A stretch of 64,000 nucleotides of DNA from Vairimorpha necatrix (Eukaryota). The position numbers were made by a program, and so were the translations under genes. Below the pieces are notes generated by a model. The model was not told the DNA's origin and made no database searches. It was given only the letters and a program-made list of their open reading frames with translations. Positions within the stretch are counted from its first letter, which is position 1. Each line of letters opens with the position of its first letter. The stretch covers positions 1,054,001-1,118,000 of the forward strand of contig CP142727.1 of assembly GCA_036630325.1 (NCBI GenBank). The letters run 5' to 3'. Positions 1 to 12,691 of this stretch are shown piece by piece.

Positions 1-539
1 GAGGAAAGGATAGCACGGAATGTGACAAAAATTAAAATACAGGCATTAAAAAGAAATTTTAAGCTTTTGTTCTTGGGAATGACAGTGTTTTTTTAAAGGA
101 TATGGGAGTCTGGCACAAAGGGGTATTTGTGAGTATCATGGTTCAAGCTATACAAATAGAGGTCCAAGGACTTCATCGGCAGCATCATTCTTGCGCTTTG
201 CCCCTTACATAAGTGTTTGAATAATTTTTAGTATACCTCAGTGTATTGTATATTGTAAGGGAGTTTGGAGAGAATGCAATATGCGCATGCAAGCACATCC
301 ACCTAAAACAAATGTAAAGTTCAAGCGCAACGTAAGCTAAAAAACTTTATAAAGATATATTATTGACCTTGTTTATCTGAGGGCCTATAGCTGTGAAAAT
401 ATTGGTTTTAGTTTTATTCTTACAGCAAAAAAGTATTTTCTAAGTACGTTTTATCTCTGTTTTTAAAACTAAACCCACCTTTGAAGTCGTATCACAGTTA
501 GAATACAAATGTCAAATGTAGTTTTTCTCTATACTTCGA

Positions 540-800
540 TGTGACAACAAAAGAGGGGAAAATGATTCATTCTTTGATTGTTGTGAACAAAATAAAATTT
601 TATTATTCAAGACAGACCTCGTTCTTCAAATTTTCAAGGAAAAGTCGCGAGATTTGACCCACCTCATACTCGTTACTTGCAAAAACACCTTTGCGTAAAA
701 TTGAAACAATAAGAACTGGCTAGCGACGATAAATAAAGTTGTAAATCATTATAACGCAGCTGTACATTCTGCAACAAAAAAGTCTGTTAATGTATGGTAC
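540..800 (+). pseudogene. Degenerate rve-type integrase fragment
   Basis: Broken frames read ...RSSNFQGKVARFD... (cf. PQSQGKVERFN) and WLATINKVVNHYNAAVHSATKKS (cf. W...YN...HSAT..TP), the C-terminal half of an integrase core. Boundaries are approximate. Confidence 0.5.
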
Positions 801-1026
801 GGATACCTCGGATACAATACATGTCTAAGGATAAAGATGATGATTCTGTTGAGGATGAAACGATATTAAACTTGATACCGCCAATAAATGCAGTGAGTAA
901 TGAAGAATACTTAGCTAAAATGGACAGAAAACTGTGTTTATAATTCTATCAATATATTCTCTTTTGTGGATTTTGTGGTCGTAATATTGATCGACACAAA
1001 TATTTAGACAAAAATCTAAAATTAAG

Positions 1027-1632
1027 GGTACATGACCGTTTGGAACACGCTTTGAAAAATTCAAAAAAAGGAAAAATAAAATGAAATTATAAAAAAGAGA
1101 CTTGAACAATTTATTTTAAATAATGTAAAAGACGATTTATCCGTTGATCTTTGGGGATTTGAAAGCCCAGAGCAACTCCAAAAGATGCTCATAGTGTTCG
1201 TCCTGTTTATTCCATATATAGATCGAATATTGGATTTAGGAATGAGCCAAAACCAACAAATTATTCGGTATTGTATCTCAGAATCGCCAGGTTACAGCAT
1301 TGATGAAGTGATTCATGGTACTGTGCTCCATCACTTTGCTTGTCTAATGTGGCCTCATATGCTGCCCATTGATTAGAGATCATAATAGAAACAGGTTATA
1401 CATTGTTTTGTATTATCTCAAGGAAATAGCATTATTTCTACTAGTTGCAAAAACGAGCAAGGTGCACGCCGATTCAGCATCAAATGTTTCCAAAATAAAA
1501 TGTTCTTTGTTTTCCATGTATAAATACATTGTATCACTAAAAAGCTTATCTGCCTCAACAAACATTGTTTTTGCTAATTTTTTGAAAGGGGTCCATTAAA
1601 ATTTCAAAACGGGTTCAAAACGGTCATGTACC
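1027..1632 (-). mobile_element. Merlin (IS1016/ISXO2-like) DNA transposon, internally deleted non-autonomous copy
   Basis: ~32-bp imperfect TIRs GGTACATGACCGTTTGGAACACGCTTTGAAA / TTTCAAAACGGGTTCAAAACGGTCATGTACC. Near-perfect 8-bp TSD AAATTAAG (1019-1026) / AAATAAAG (1633-1640). Ends and interior align with the 7765-8836 element. Confidence 0.85.
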
Positions 1633-2154
1633 AAATAAAGTTCTTTTTATAGTGATCCAAGGGCAATACTAGTTATCTTATTAGATAATTGATTAAGGTC
1701 GCGATACGAAAGAAATAAAGAAATTATATCAATTATTTTGGTTTAAAAAAATAAAAAAAAATGAGCCTTTTGTCAAGTTTTACTTTTTATTGTTGTAAAA
1801 GCGCTTTATTTTATTTTCGTCCTCTTCTCTTTGCATATGATGGGGTTAGATATTATTAAAATGTATAGAAATGATCAAGCATTGAAAGTGCTTTGTTAGA
1901 GCGCAAGGAACTACAATAATTATATTATATTATTTTTTATGATTTTTTTTTGATATAATTTACATATTGAAAATTGCGTTTAATGTATTTTTTTATTAGC
2001 AATTGTTTGTTTTTAACAAGGAATATTATTCGTATAAAAAACGATAAGACAAATGCAGTTTTTCTTGTAAATATTAATGTTTTTAATGTATAAATGTTGT
2101 GCGATATTCTTTAGAAAAATATTAAAATAGAGGAATACCAATGTACTAGCAAAA

Positions 2155-2222
2155 TACAGTATCTCAAACGGAATTCTCGTATACTATTTACAGTATCTCA
2201 AACGGAATTCTCGTATACTATT
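2155..2222. repeat. Perfect 34-bp tandem duplication
   Basis: TACAGTATCTCAAACGGAATTCTCGTATACTATT at 2155-2188 and 2189-2222. Confidence 0.95.
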
Positions 2223-3159
2223 ATTATAAATTTATTATAAATGTAATTTTAAACAGTTATGGCCACCTACATAAACTAAAATTAATTTTGCACTTCAAGT
2301 TTATGCCATATTTTTCTATAACTTTGTATATAAAAAACAACGTATTTTATTTTTTTATTTATTTTTCAATATAATCAATACTTCAGGTTAAAGCTGTTGA
2401 ATGTAATAAAAAAAAATTGCAACGGGTTGCATATAAAATCCTTTTTTAGTTTTTTTAAAAATTTTTATACATTCAAGCTTCATTAAATTCTATATTCTCT
2501 ATAGATAATCTAGGAAACTCAAACAAGAAAGAGAGCTATTTAAGAAAAATGCAAAGAAATAATGCAGTATAATATTTTCATAAATTTTGGAAAATAATTT
2601 TATACGTATACATATAACTTATTAGGTTAAAGAATTACCAGACAGCAGCTCTTGTACTTAAATTTAATGCGCTCATCAAATGCAGAATAAACATGACCAA
2701 ATTGGTAAAACCCTACTGTTTATTTAAAATTTGATTTCATGTCAAATATGTTCATAATGTAAGTGGGCGTTAGTAAAGTATCACTATAAAATAAAATCTT
2801 TTTGTTTATAATACATTTTAAAACACAAATAAAGAGTAAGATCGAAAACATTTCATGCTGGTGTAATTTTTTTTTATATGTTAAATACCCCTTGACTTGG
2901 AATTATCTAGCCATGATAGATTTCTATTTTTGTAAAAAGATTGATAAGCAATTTTATGACTTGAAAATCAACTCATGGTCTTTAAAAGTTCATATTAGAA
3001 TATTTGCGATTTTTTTAAATCAAAAATGTTGCAAACTATCCAACGGCGCAGATTTCATTATTCCTTTAATTTATAAGGTACTTATGTGATTTTTTGATTA
3101 TTGGAAAATAAATATTGCAAAAACAACATAAATTAAGCATAATACGCATATTTTCATGA

Positions 3160-4035
3160 TAAATTTTTGGAGCATTTTCACTTTATCCCCCCTTACCAAT
3201 ATAAATTAAGAATTTTTAAAAAATATCCCTTTTTCGAAATTCGAAGCGGAAAAAATATGAAGGAGCAAAAGTCAAAAAAATAAAGTTGTAATAAAATAGC
3301 ATATTTACCAAAAATAAAACAATTGTTTTTTCGGTTTTTTTCAATTTTTTAAAAAATTTTTCTTCTGTCACTTATTGATCAAGATTTATATTTATTGTAC
3401 ATTGCAATGTATAACAACGAAAATCTCTATATAAACAATATTATATAAGGTTCATTTGCTGTTATATTTGAATATTTTTCAAGAATTAAAAAAAAAATTC
3501 CAAACATGTAATATTTTATTTTCGAAGCTAAAATATAACAATCTTATTAAAAAGGCATTATAAACGATTCAATAATTCTTTAAAGAGCATAAATATAACA
3601 TAATTATTCTCTGTTTGTCTAAAAAACCATTGAAAACCTAAAAAACAAGACTAATAAATATACTACCAAACTAAGAATAACCAAACCTAGAATCTGTTTT
3701 AAACAACATAAACTGTGTATAAACATGTTTATTTTTGGCAAAAATTAAATGTAATGACAAAAGAAAGCAATAGGTTAAAACATATTTTTACAAATTTAGA
3801 CTTCTATTTAACTCATAGTTTATTAGAAAACATTATTAAATTGGTTTAAATAATATATTTTTCATAAACTATGTTCAAATTAGATATTTCTAAGACCATT
3901 TTTTTCATATGTAAATTTTTCTCTTATCCTTTCCGCTCTGGACGCTTCGACTTTTGAAAAACAGGGTTAAAAATAAAAAATTCTTAATTTATATTGGTAA
4001 GGGGAGGATAAAGTGAAAATTAGCCAAATTTTTTT
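3160..4035. mobile_element. MITE-like non-coding element with long terminal inverted repeats
   Basis: ATTTTCACTTTATCCCCCCTTACCAATATAAATTAAGAATTTTT (3174-3217) is inverted at 3976-4020 with a single 1-nt indel. Weaker inverted similarity extends inward to ~3250/3942. No ORF inside; outer ends approximate. Confidence 0.65.
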
Positions 4036-4528
4036 ATATCAAGCTGTTACTATAGTGCTGTTATTTATTAAAAAATGAATTACTTTATAAATGTTGTAAA
4101 ATACTTAATGTTAAGTACAAATGAATTTTTTTTGTTTTTATCTTAGAAAACATAAACTTATCAAAAAATTACTCTGTCAAAATAAAGTTAAAATTGATTA
4201 ATTATTAATGAAATTATGACATTTACACTAGTTAAAGCCAGTTAAAATATATAATGTGTCGTTTATCAAATTCTAAGCTTATATCACAAAATATTTAAAA
4301 TTAAAAGCATAAAACATTAATTTAGCTCATAATTTAATTTGAATTTTTTTGTTTGCTTGGTGATTTTAATTTAGTAATATTTATATTAATTTAAATAAAC
4401 AATGAAAAATCCTAGTCAGAAGTAATTGAACAGTTTACACTTATAAATTTGTGAATTTAATTTTTAAATCATTTATATACAAAGAATTACCTGTTATAAA
4501 TATATAAAGTCTATTTATTACCCATAAA

Positions 4529-5257
4529 ATGTTATTGATTTCGTTATTATTTGTTTTAAATATTAAAAAATTAAAAGCTAACAATGAAAAGGATATGATC
4601 TTTTTAATAGAGGAAAGAAAAGAAAGATATAATGAATGCGTTAAAATGCTCTCTCATGATGAAGCGCCAAGTATGCGTGTAACTTATTCTAAAGAAAAAA
4701 GAGAAAAAATAGGAAAGATTATGTATGATGTCCTAATAGATGGTATTGATTTTCCTCTAAAAATGCAACCGAGTTGGCCAAAAACATCTAAAGAATATGA
4801 AATTGACCATGAAGACGTAACATTGGGTATATTTCAACGTGCTTTAACTGGTACTTATAGTGTTCCAAGGCGTTATGGTAAAACAGAAGCACTTTATATA
4901 TTTGTGTATGAACTGGCAGATAAAACTAGACGATTATGGCAAATTTTAATATGTATGTATAATTTTGATGATCTTGATCTTGACCAAGTTAAACAAATTC
5001 TTAAGAAATATTTTGATTTAAAACTTAGTGAAGAAAACAATTTAAAAGTAAAACAGGTATGTAAAAACAACGTTTTTAAACAAATTCTTGATGATGTCTT
5101 CCATAGTATTGGAAATCAAGCAGATAGTAATACCATTGAACATGACAAACGTGAAGATTTAGGTGGTAAAATGCAAGAAAATTCGAATTCAATGATATTA
5201 GCCGAGACCCAGGCTATGGATAGTTCTAATATGAATTTTAGTAAAAAGAATAAATAG
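4529..5257 (+). CDS. Hypothetical secreted protein, family A (242 aa)
   Basis: CCC motif before ATG and hydrophobic N-terminus. Shares FP.K.QP.WP...YEI and GK...Y....LA..T..L...C motifs with the genes at 51721-55505 and 58792-59532. Confidence 0.8.
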   Translation: MLLISLLFVLNIKKLKANNEKDMIFLIEERKERYNECVKMLSHDEAPSMRVTYSKEKREKIGKIMYDVLIDGIDFPLKMQPSWPKTSKEYEIDHEDVTLGIFQRALTGTYSVPRRYGKTEALYIFVYELADKTRRLWQILICMYNFDDLDLDQVKQILKKYFDLKLSEENNLKVKQVCKNNVFKQILDDVFHSIGNQADSNTIEHDKREDLGGKMQENSNSMILAETQAMDSSNMNFSKKNK

Positions 5258-7764
5258 TTAATATTTATTTAATATAAAAAATATATGTATATTAGTTTTT
5301 CTTTTTTTGTTGGATATTTTTCAAATTCAAAAGTTATCAAAAAAATTTATAAATATTTTTAAAAGCTTGCTATAATCTCATCATAAATAAATAAAATATT
5401 GTAAAGCTAGAAAAGACCCAATTTTTTTTAAATTTGCGATACTAGTCTTTAGATATTTTTAATCATATTTCGGATTTATAATTGTTAAATTCAAATACTG
5501 ATATTACAATGATATATCTCAAAATCTAAACGCTTAAACCCGCATAAGATTTAGAAAGGTTTAGATTTTTTAACTTTTTTAAATATTTTTAATGTTTATA
5601 ACTACATTTGTAATATTAAACTAACGAAATACATAAACCTGCGCCTGAATAACGGAAAGTACTAAAATATGCATTATTAACGTTTTTCTCATATAAATAA
5701 TGCTTTTAATATTAATTTTTTCATTTTTTTTTCGAGGTATCTTATTTGTATTTTAATTTTAACAAGATTCTGTGGATTAAAAGAAACATCATAAATATGT
5801 CGTTGAGTAATATTAGAATTAATTATTACAATGACAAAAAATATTTAATCATGTTTAGATATGTTTCTTTTTTTCTAGTTCTCTTGATATCAATATATAA
5901 CATTGAATAATATAGAGAAAACATATATATTTCAATTAGTTGTTTTTTCGTTTACGTTGTTACAAAGCTCTACGTTAAAATGAAACCACCGTGATATTAT
6001 ATTTTTTTTATACTTATACTACAAGATTTTTTACTCATACTTTATAACTTAACTTGACGGCGCAGCAAGCTCCACCGTACCTTTAATATTTTGATTCCAG
6101 AAAATTGAACATCTTTCATTATATATTGCCGCAAGAAATATCTCAGAAGATAAAATAATTAAGCATGTTTTAATTGATCTGAAAAAACATCTTCGTACTA
6201 AAACAATAGGCGTATGATTGTCTGCGTCTCGCAAATACTTTCCTACCCCGCTACTTGATCCAAAATTCATTTATAATTTGCGCTGCCTACTCGTCTACTA
6301 CAAGTACTGCATAGAATATACATAATTATGTAGAATAAGAAACGAGAGACTATTGATTGCTCTATTCTGTCCAATACATTTAGTAAACTAAAAAAATTCC
6401 TAAAATGCAACATCTTCGTTTTTTTAGCCCGTATAATACTTTACATAGTTTTGTAGTAGAAAATCTAACCGATTTCTGGTTTTAGTCTGTGTTTAATTTC
6501 TAGGCGGAAATTTCGTTTATGTGGGGTCTTACAAGTTTCATGAACCAACTTAGCGGCTACTGTGACATTTTTTTAATTCAAAAAAAAACTAACTTTTAGA
6601 AAAAAAAAAAATAATATACCAGTAGAATCAAATCCTCTTCCTAAATAATCAACTAAGATTCGCAGAATAAAACCAGAAAGGCGCTATGTGTATATAATCA
6701 AAAAATATGAATTTAAAATCGTAATATTGATAAGTGAGTCTCGAGAAAATACCTAAAAACCATGGATACCACATGCTAACAAATAACAGACATATTTAAA
6801 TTGACACAATCGCATAAAATTATATGAGTGGACATTTTAAATCGCACTAGTTTTTACAATCATTAAATTATAATTAATACCAAATATCTCAAAATGCAGT
6901 AATGTTTGTTTTTTGTCATATTGTTGTTTCCTCGATACATTATGACAATATAAATTATTCAATTTACTTTATCTTTAACTTCTGTCATAAAATTAGTAAC
7001 AAGATAATTTTTTCGGTATGAATTAAAACTAAATATACTAATCATTTTTTTATAATAAGTGCGTAATAAATATAGAATTTTAATTTGAAAAAATTACATA
7101 ACACCTCGGTTTTTTTTAATATTACATGTAAATTTCATATGTTTTTTATAAAACCTACGTGCTAGATTTATTTAAAATTGTGTAAGAAGGATAATCAGTA
7201 ATTTAATTACTCTATGTAAAATTATAACACGCCTTTTTATGTCAGTATTTTCTGGGGTTAATATAATAAAAACATTAAACTGTGAGTCATTGTCATAAAA
7301 AAAAACATACATTTGTTAAATGCTTTTGATTATGAATTCATATTTGATTGTAATAGTTAAGTCAAAAAAATATTGAATTTTATGAACTAATTACAAATAA
7401 ATTAAAAATAAGATGTATTTAAAGGGCAAAAAAATTAATAAACCTTTACTATAGTATTGTTATTCTCTTTATATAATAAAAAGATATATCATAAAAAAAT
7501 GGTTTAAAATGCTAAACGTATGTACGCGTGTATATTTATAATGTTTTATTATAGCAAGAATATTCTATAAATTGATTTATCATATTTATAATTGTTAATA
7601 TAGCATAACATTTGCATTACCTGAATGTTTATATATAGTATAAATATTTAATTAATATACTTAAAATATAGCTTTTTTTATAATAACATGCAAGAACAAT
7701 AGGTTAAGCGATAATTAATTCAGGAATATTTGTTTATTTTAATTTTAATTCGTAGTGATTGATT

Positions 7765-8836
7765 GGTACATGGCAGTTTAGAACCCGTTTTGAAAATTTA
7801 AAGGACCCCTCTTTCAAAAAATGGTCTGATTGACAAAAACAAATTTGGTTTAAGGATATGTGATCTTTGATGATGAAATGTTTTAAAACATGGAAATAAA
7901 TGAAAATTTATTTTGGAAACATTTTATGATGCTGTGACAGCGTGTATCTTTCTGGCACGCAGTTCATTAATAAAAAACAACTTTTTTGTACTGTATGCAG
8001 CTCTGAAAGGCCAATGAAATTGATTAGAAGAATAAGACTATTAGACAAATATGTTTGGAATTGCGCAAAACCTTGTACGCTTCTAAATCTGTCAGAAAGG
8101 ACTCTATTTTTGAAAATACCAAATTAAGTTTTTAAAAAATTATAAGAATGATATATAAGTATATAAAAAGAGTTTCCTTCTTCGATATAGCAAATGATCT
8201 CGATTTAGACTGAAAACCCGTAAGTACATATGGTTTGCTCTGCAGAGATCGCATAATCGAGGAAGTGACCAATAATAGTCAGAGGTTAGGAGGCCGTGAT
8301 GAGTTCGGCATTTCTAAAGTAGTGGAGATCGACGAGAGTCTATTCTTCCGTGCCAAATATAATCGTGGTAATCATACCACAGGTCAGTGGTATGTAGGAG
8401 GAGTTTAAAGAGGTTCTAAAAAGGCCTTTCTCGTCCCCGTAGCTAGTAGAGATACTGCTACCCTTCTTGAGGTAATACAAGATAATATATTGCCTGGTTC
8501 TATTGTGATCACTGATCAATGGAGAACATGGGTGCTGCATTTAGACAAATCACAAGGATGGAGCACAGGACTGTGAATCGCACTCTCAATTTCGTAAACT
8601 TTAACGATCCTAGAACATAATACCATACAAATTGAAGATTTTGGTCTAGACATGGAATAAACCAGGACGAGCACTAAGAGTATCTTTTACAGTTTCTATG
8701 GTCTTATCAAATACAAAAAAACCAAAGGATTAATCGACTTCGTTCATTAATTAAAAACAAACGTTAAGTCTCTTCTTTATGATTTTTTTTTTCCTTTTTT
8801 GAAATTTTCAAAGCGGGTTCCAAACGGCCATGTGCC
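7765..8836 (+). mobile_element. Merlin DNA transposon with pseudogenised DDE transposase
   Basis: TIRs GGTACATGGCAGTTTAGAACCCGTTTTGAAAA / TTTTCAAAGCGGGTTCCAAACGGCCATGTGCC. Transposase motifs CTVC...WNC, VVEIDESLFFRAKYNRG, GQWYVGG, ITDQWR, interrupted by stops and frameshifts. No clear TSD. Confidence 0.9.
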
Positions 8837-9544
8837 AATAAAACTAATATATAAAGCTTACGTTCTAAAGGTTAGAATAATCTATACTTGTTTTTTAATA
8901 CAATTATAAAGACAATTTCAATTTTGAATTTTAATCTTACAAGTAAATACCACAGTTTTTTTACATTGAGAAAATAAAAAGCGTGTTTTTATTTTACTCT
9001 ATAAATCTCTTTTAATTTAACATGTCGCCAGCAGCAGCAAGTTACGATTGTCGTCTTTAAAGCATCCAAATTTTTTTCCCAGTGAATATGATTATTAGGT
9101 ACGTTTATGTAACTCTAAAAAACCAACCCAAAGTCTTTACTTCCATCTGGATCTCGCACACACAAACTTCATCAAATCTACTAGTCCTTTTTGTCTCTGT
9201 TTACGACTAGTGTGCTTTATGATTCATGTCAAGTCGTTTTATTACCAATTTTTTATTAATGCTAATTGAAACTTCGTCCGCCTATAACATGTGATACTCA
9301 CCATAAATGCCTTTCAGACTGTGATTATCTCTCATATACTATTTTGAATTAGTATTTCTTCATTTGCAGTGCCTTTCTCACGAATTGAATCTCGTGTGGC
9401 TGTTAATACACAAATTAATATATGACTTTTAAATAAATGTTTATATATTTCATCATTCTAGAATCATACACAAATTTATATAATCGTATACACATATTAT
9501 ATATTTCTATATATAAATCATATTCTTCTTTCTTCCCCCTTATT

Positions 9545-10333
9545 ATGATTATTACCAAACTTACTTCACATCTACAAGACGAGTCCCCTTCTTTCACTTC
9601 TATATACGCCATACTAGTCCATAAAAATGATGTCTCCCTCACTTTACAATCTCTTAAAGATGATCTTATCCCCAAATATCTCAAGAGAGTCAAATTCCTC
9701 TCTCATGACTTTGTTTGTATTCTGACAAACAAAGTCCACTCTATTTTCGAAACTATAAAAATAAAAATTCCGCATAAACCTGCATATTCGATTTTTCAAT
9801 ATGAAATTTATAAAGAAGTGTGGCCATGTATTTATCACCATAGAGTAGATATACCAATAGACCATAGTTTTATTACCAAGTGGGTCCACACATTAGAAAA
9901 TTATTCTAAAGATGTATCTAAAAATATATTTAAAGATGTATCTAATAGTATTGTAACACATAGTAATACTTTGTATACCAATAAGAATACTTCCATTCCG
10001 TTTTGTTCTTCTTGTTTGATTGTTGATGGAGATGTTTTATTAAGTAGTACTTTTACTAGTCCTCATCCCTTGGGTCATGCAATATTCCAAGGGGTTGACT
10101 CAGTGAGTAGAAGTAGAAGAGGGTACTTGTGTACAGGCTTTGATGCCTTCATCACTGACGAGCCCTGCCTCTCCTGTGCCATGGCTTTTGTACATGGCCG
10201 AATCCGGCGAGTATTTTGTCTGAATAAAAAACAAGAAGGAGGTGTTTTCAGTAAAGAGAAGTTTAATATGAACAGTGATCTAAATCACAGATATTCTGTG
10301 TATTTAATAAGTTCCCAGAACATAAATCAATAA
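9545..10333 (+). CDS. TAD3: tRNA adenosine-34 deaminase, non-catalytic subunit (Tad3/ADAT3-like)
   Basis: HPLGHAI...GYLCTGFDAFITDEPCLSCAMAFVHGRIRRVF...LNHRYSVY, with the catalytic Glu of HxE replaced (HAI). Start moved to the in-frame ATG after a CCCCC motif. Confidence 0.85.
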   Translation: MIITKLTSHLQDESPSFTSIYAILVHKNDVSLTLQSLKDDLIPKYLKRVKFLSHDFVCILTNKVHSIFETIKIKIPHKPAYSIFQYEIYKEVWPCIYHHRVDIPIDHSFITKWVHTLENYSKDVSKNIFKDVSNSIVTHSNTLYTNKNTSIPFCSSCLIVDGDVLLSSTFTSPHPLGHAIFQGVDSVSRSRRGYLCTGFDAFITDEPCLSCAMAFVHGRIRRVFCLNKKQEGGVFSKEKFNMNSDLNHRYSVYLISSQNINQ

Positions 10334-10500
10334 GATCTATTATATAATTTAGTATTATAGTACTATAAATTAAGTATTATAGTATTATATGATACAGGAG
10401 TCCATACATATACAATCGAATAATATACATTAATGTATAATGCATTACACTAATATTACACTAATATTTTTTTATTAGTGCAATTTTGACCCCCCCTTAA

Positions 10501-11424
10501 ATGATTGAGAATTCTTATAATGATTTCTTAAGAGAGACAATCTTGTCTCTCTTCCCCAAGAAAGAAGCACTGCTCTTCATGGAAGAATCTGACAAGAAAA
10601 GACCCCTCACCATTAGACTCAATAAACTCCTCACTACTAAGAAAGAACTCACTAAGAAACTCAGTTCTAGAGGCATGGACATTGAGAATGTAGAGTGGTG
10701 TGATGACGCACTAGTAGTCTTCAGTAGTAGTGTGCCAGTAGGAGCCACTCCTGAATATCTAGCAGGTCATTACATCATCCAAGGGGCTTCTTCTATGTTG
10801 AGTGTACTAAATCTCAATATAAAAGACAATCTACTAGTCCTTGACATGTGTAGTGCCCCAGGGGGGAAGAGTCAATATATCAGTGCACTTATGAATAATA
10901 CAGGCGTATTATTCTGTAATGATATAAATGAGGAGAGGGTCTTGTCTCTTAGGAGTAATCTACTAAGAATGAATACTCAGAATGCTATAGTACTGAATAT
11001 GGACGCAAGAAGACTCTGTCTCCCTTTGGTAGACAGAGTCTTACTTGACGCCCCTTGTAGTGGCACAGGGGTCATCTCTAAAGACCAGAGTATTAAGATG
11101 AACAGGACAGAGTCAGACTTAAGAAAGACAGTCTTCAGACAGAAGGAATTAATCCTTAAAGGGTTTGATACACTGAAGAAGGGGGGTATAATGATTTATA
11201 GTACATGTTCAGTATTAGTAAAAGAGAATGAAGAAGTAGTGACTTATCTCTTGAGTAAGAGGGTGAATGCCAGAGTAGTGGAGTGTGAAGTGGATGTGGG
11301 GAGACCAGGGTTCCCTACTTTCAGGGGAGTGGCTTATCACCCTAGTATGTCCTTGACACGGCGAATATACCCACATGTGCACAATATGGATGGATTTTAC
11401 TACGCCAAGATAGAAAAACAATAA
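10501..11424 (+). CDS. NOP2: Nop2/NSUN1 rRNA m5C methyltransferase
   Basis: VGATPEYLAGHY, DMCSAPGGK, DRVLLDAPCSGTG, YSTCS, RRIYPHVHNMDGF. Confidence 0.95.
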   Translation: MIENSYNDFLRETILSLFPKKEALLFMEESDKKRPLTIRLNKLLTTKKELTKKLSSRGMDIENVEWCDDALVVFSSSVPVGATPEYLAGHYIIQGASSMLSVLNLNIKDNLLVLDMCSAPGGKSQYISALMNNTGVLFCNDINEERVLSLRSNLLRMNTQNAIVLNMDARRLCLPLVDRVLLDAPCSGTGVISKDQSIKMNRTESDLRKTVFRQKELILKGFDTLKKGGIMIYSTCSVLVKENEEVVTYLLSKRVNARVVECEVDVGRPGFPTFRGVAYHPSMSLTRRIYPHVHNMDGFYYAKIEKQ

Positions 11425-11545
11425 AAACTAATTTAATATTAATAATATGTTATATTATATATCTTTTATATCATTAAATCTTTCTTTTCTAACTTGAAAC
11501 TCGTTTCATATTAATAAATATTATTCTAATTGTGATCTGTTTAAG

Positions 11546-12598
11546 ATGAAGACTATAAAATTCCTCTTAATAAACTTAATATGTATAAAAGGCGCATATA
11601 ATTTAGAAAACTATGAAGATATTCCATATGTAGACATGGACAGGAGACTGGAGAATTATATGGCGACTAACTCGAGCAAGAATATATTAAAAAACAATTT
11701 AGGGACTAACTGCATACCACAACAGGCATGTGTATCACCCACACAAGTAATGAAGCCTATAACACAACCAGTAGTACAACCAGCAGTACAACCTACATAT
11801 GCTCCACAGCCCATTCAAACTCAGCCCACATATGCTCCACAGCCCATTCAAACTCAGCCAGTAGTGCAACCCTCATTTGCTCCTCAACAGACCAATTGTC
11901 TTACTCCTCAATCTTGTAATGTACCAATAAGACAAAATGAAAAGTACACTTGTAATCCACAGAAAATCAACCCGCCTACTCAATCTTGTAGACCAGAGAA
12001 CTGGCAAGTGTCTAGACAAGACATGTGTCAGAATGAAAGAAGCATATTGAATAATCAAAGGAACACATGTCAAAATACTAATTACAATGATTATTACAAT
12101 GATAGTAATTATGATAGTGATTATTATGATTATGATGATGATAGAAGAGGTAATATTAATAATAATATTAATAATATCTTAAAAGACGCTGTACTAATAG
12201 TAAGACCAGGATCAGAATTACATAGAAATCTACAGAAAGCACTAAGATCAAGTACAACAGTCAAAGTAGTAAGAAGTAATAAAAGATCAAGATTGACATC
12301 ATCAGACGAAGAAGAAAATACACAGAATATATTCCAGGACTCTAAGATACCAAAGAAGAAGAGAAGAGATGTAGAGAATAGACTGATGGCGGGATTAAAA
12401 GAGATAGAAACAATAAGAAAAGAACTAGAAGAAGAAAAGAAGAAGACTAATTTGAAAGGGAACGAAGAGACTAAAGAGGATAAGATAAAGAATGATAGTA
12501 GTAAAGACGACAGTAAGAAGAAGAAGACTAAATTAAAGGAGACAACACTAAAAGACAATGACGAAGATATAAAAGAAGAAGAAGACATTATTGAATAA
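11546..12598 (+). CDS. Hypothetical secreted Pro/Gln-repeat protein with charged C-terminus (spore wall/polar tube candidate)
   Basis: 350-aa ORF with signal-peptide-like start, tandem QPTYAPQPIQT repeats, spaced Cys and a K/D/E-rich tail. Confidence 0.75.
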   Translation: MKTIKFLLINLICIKGAYNLENYEDIPYVDMDRRLENYMATNSSKNILKNNLGTNCIPQQACVSPTQVMKPITQPVVQPAVQPTYAPQPIQTQPTYAPQPIQTQPVVQPSFAPQQTNCLTPQSCNVPIRQNEKYTCNPQKINPPTQSCRPENWQVSRQDMCQNERSILNNQRNTCQNTNYNDYYNDSNYDSDYYDYDDDRRGNINNNINNILKDAVLIVRPGSELHRNLQKALRSSTTVKVVRSNKRSRLTSSDEEENTQNIFQDSKIPKKKRRDVENRLMAGLKEIETIRKELEEEKKKTNLKGNEETKEDKIKNDSSKDDSKKKKTKLKETTLKDNDEDIKEEEDIIE

Positions 12599-12691
12599 CA
12601 TAAAAATAAATGTAATTATATTTGTTATATTTTAATATACTTAATAAATCCCATCTTAATAATCTTGAACTTTATACAAATCTATTTGATT

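Noticed and set aside
2155-2222. 34-bp repeats as a CRISPR array
   Set aside because: Only two adjacent copies with no spacer, in a eukaryotic context.
6000-6560. GC-richer patches that may be TE relics (also 1-300, 9020-9410, 34300-35560, 38550-39360, 56280-56950, 60540-61080)
   Set aside because: No motif I can assign with confidence; needs a translated profile search.
9437-9544. Long N-terminal extensions in the ORF track (also 14570, 15095, 17404, 19201, 27383, 30526, 45220)
   Set aside because: AT-rich open frames upstream of the CCC-ATG context; several use TTG starts that are not expected in this eukaryote.
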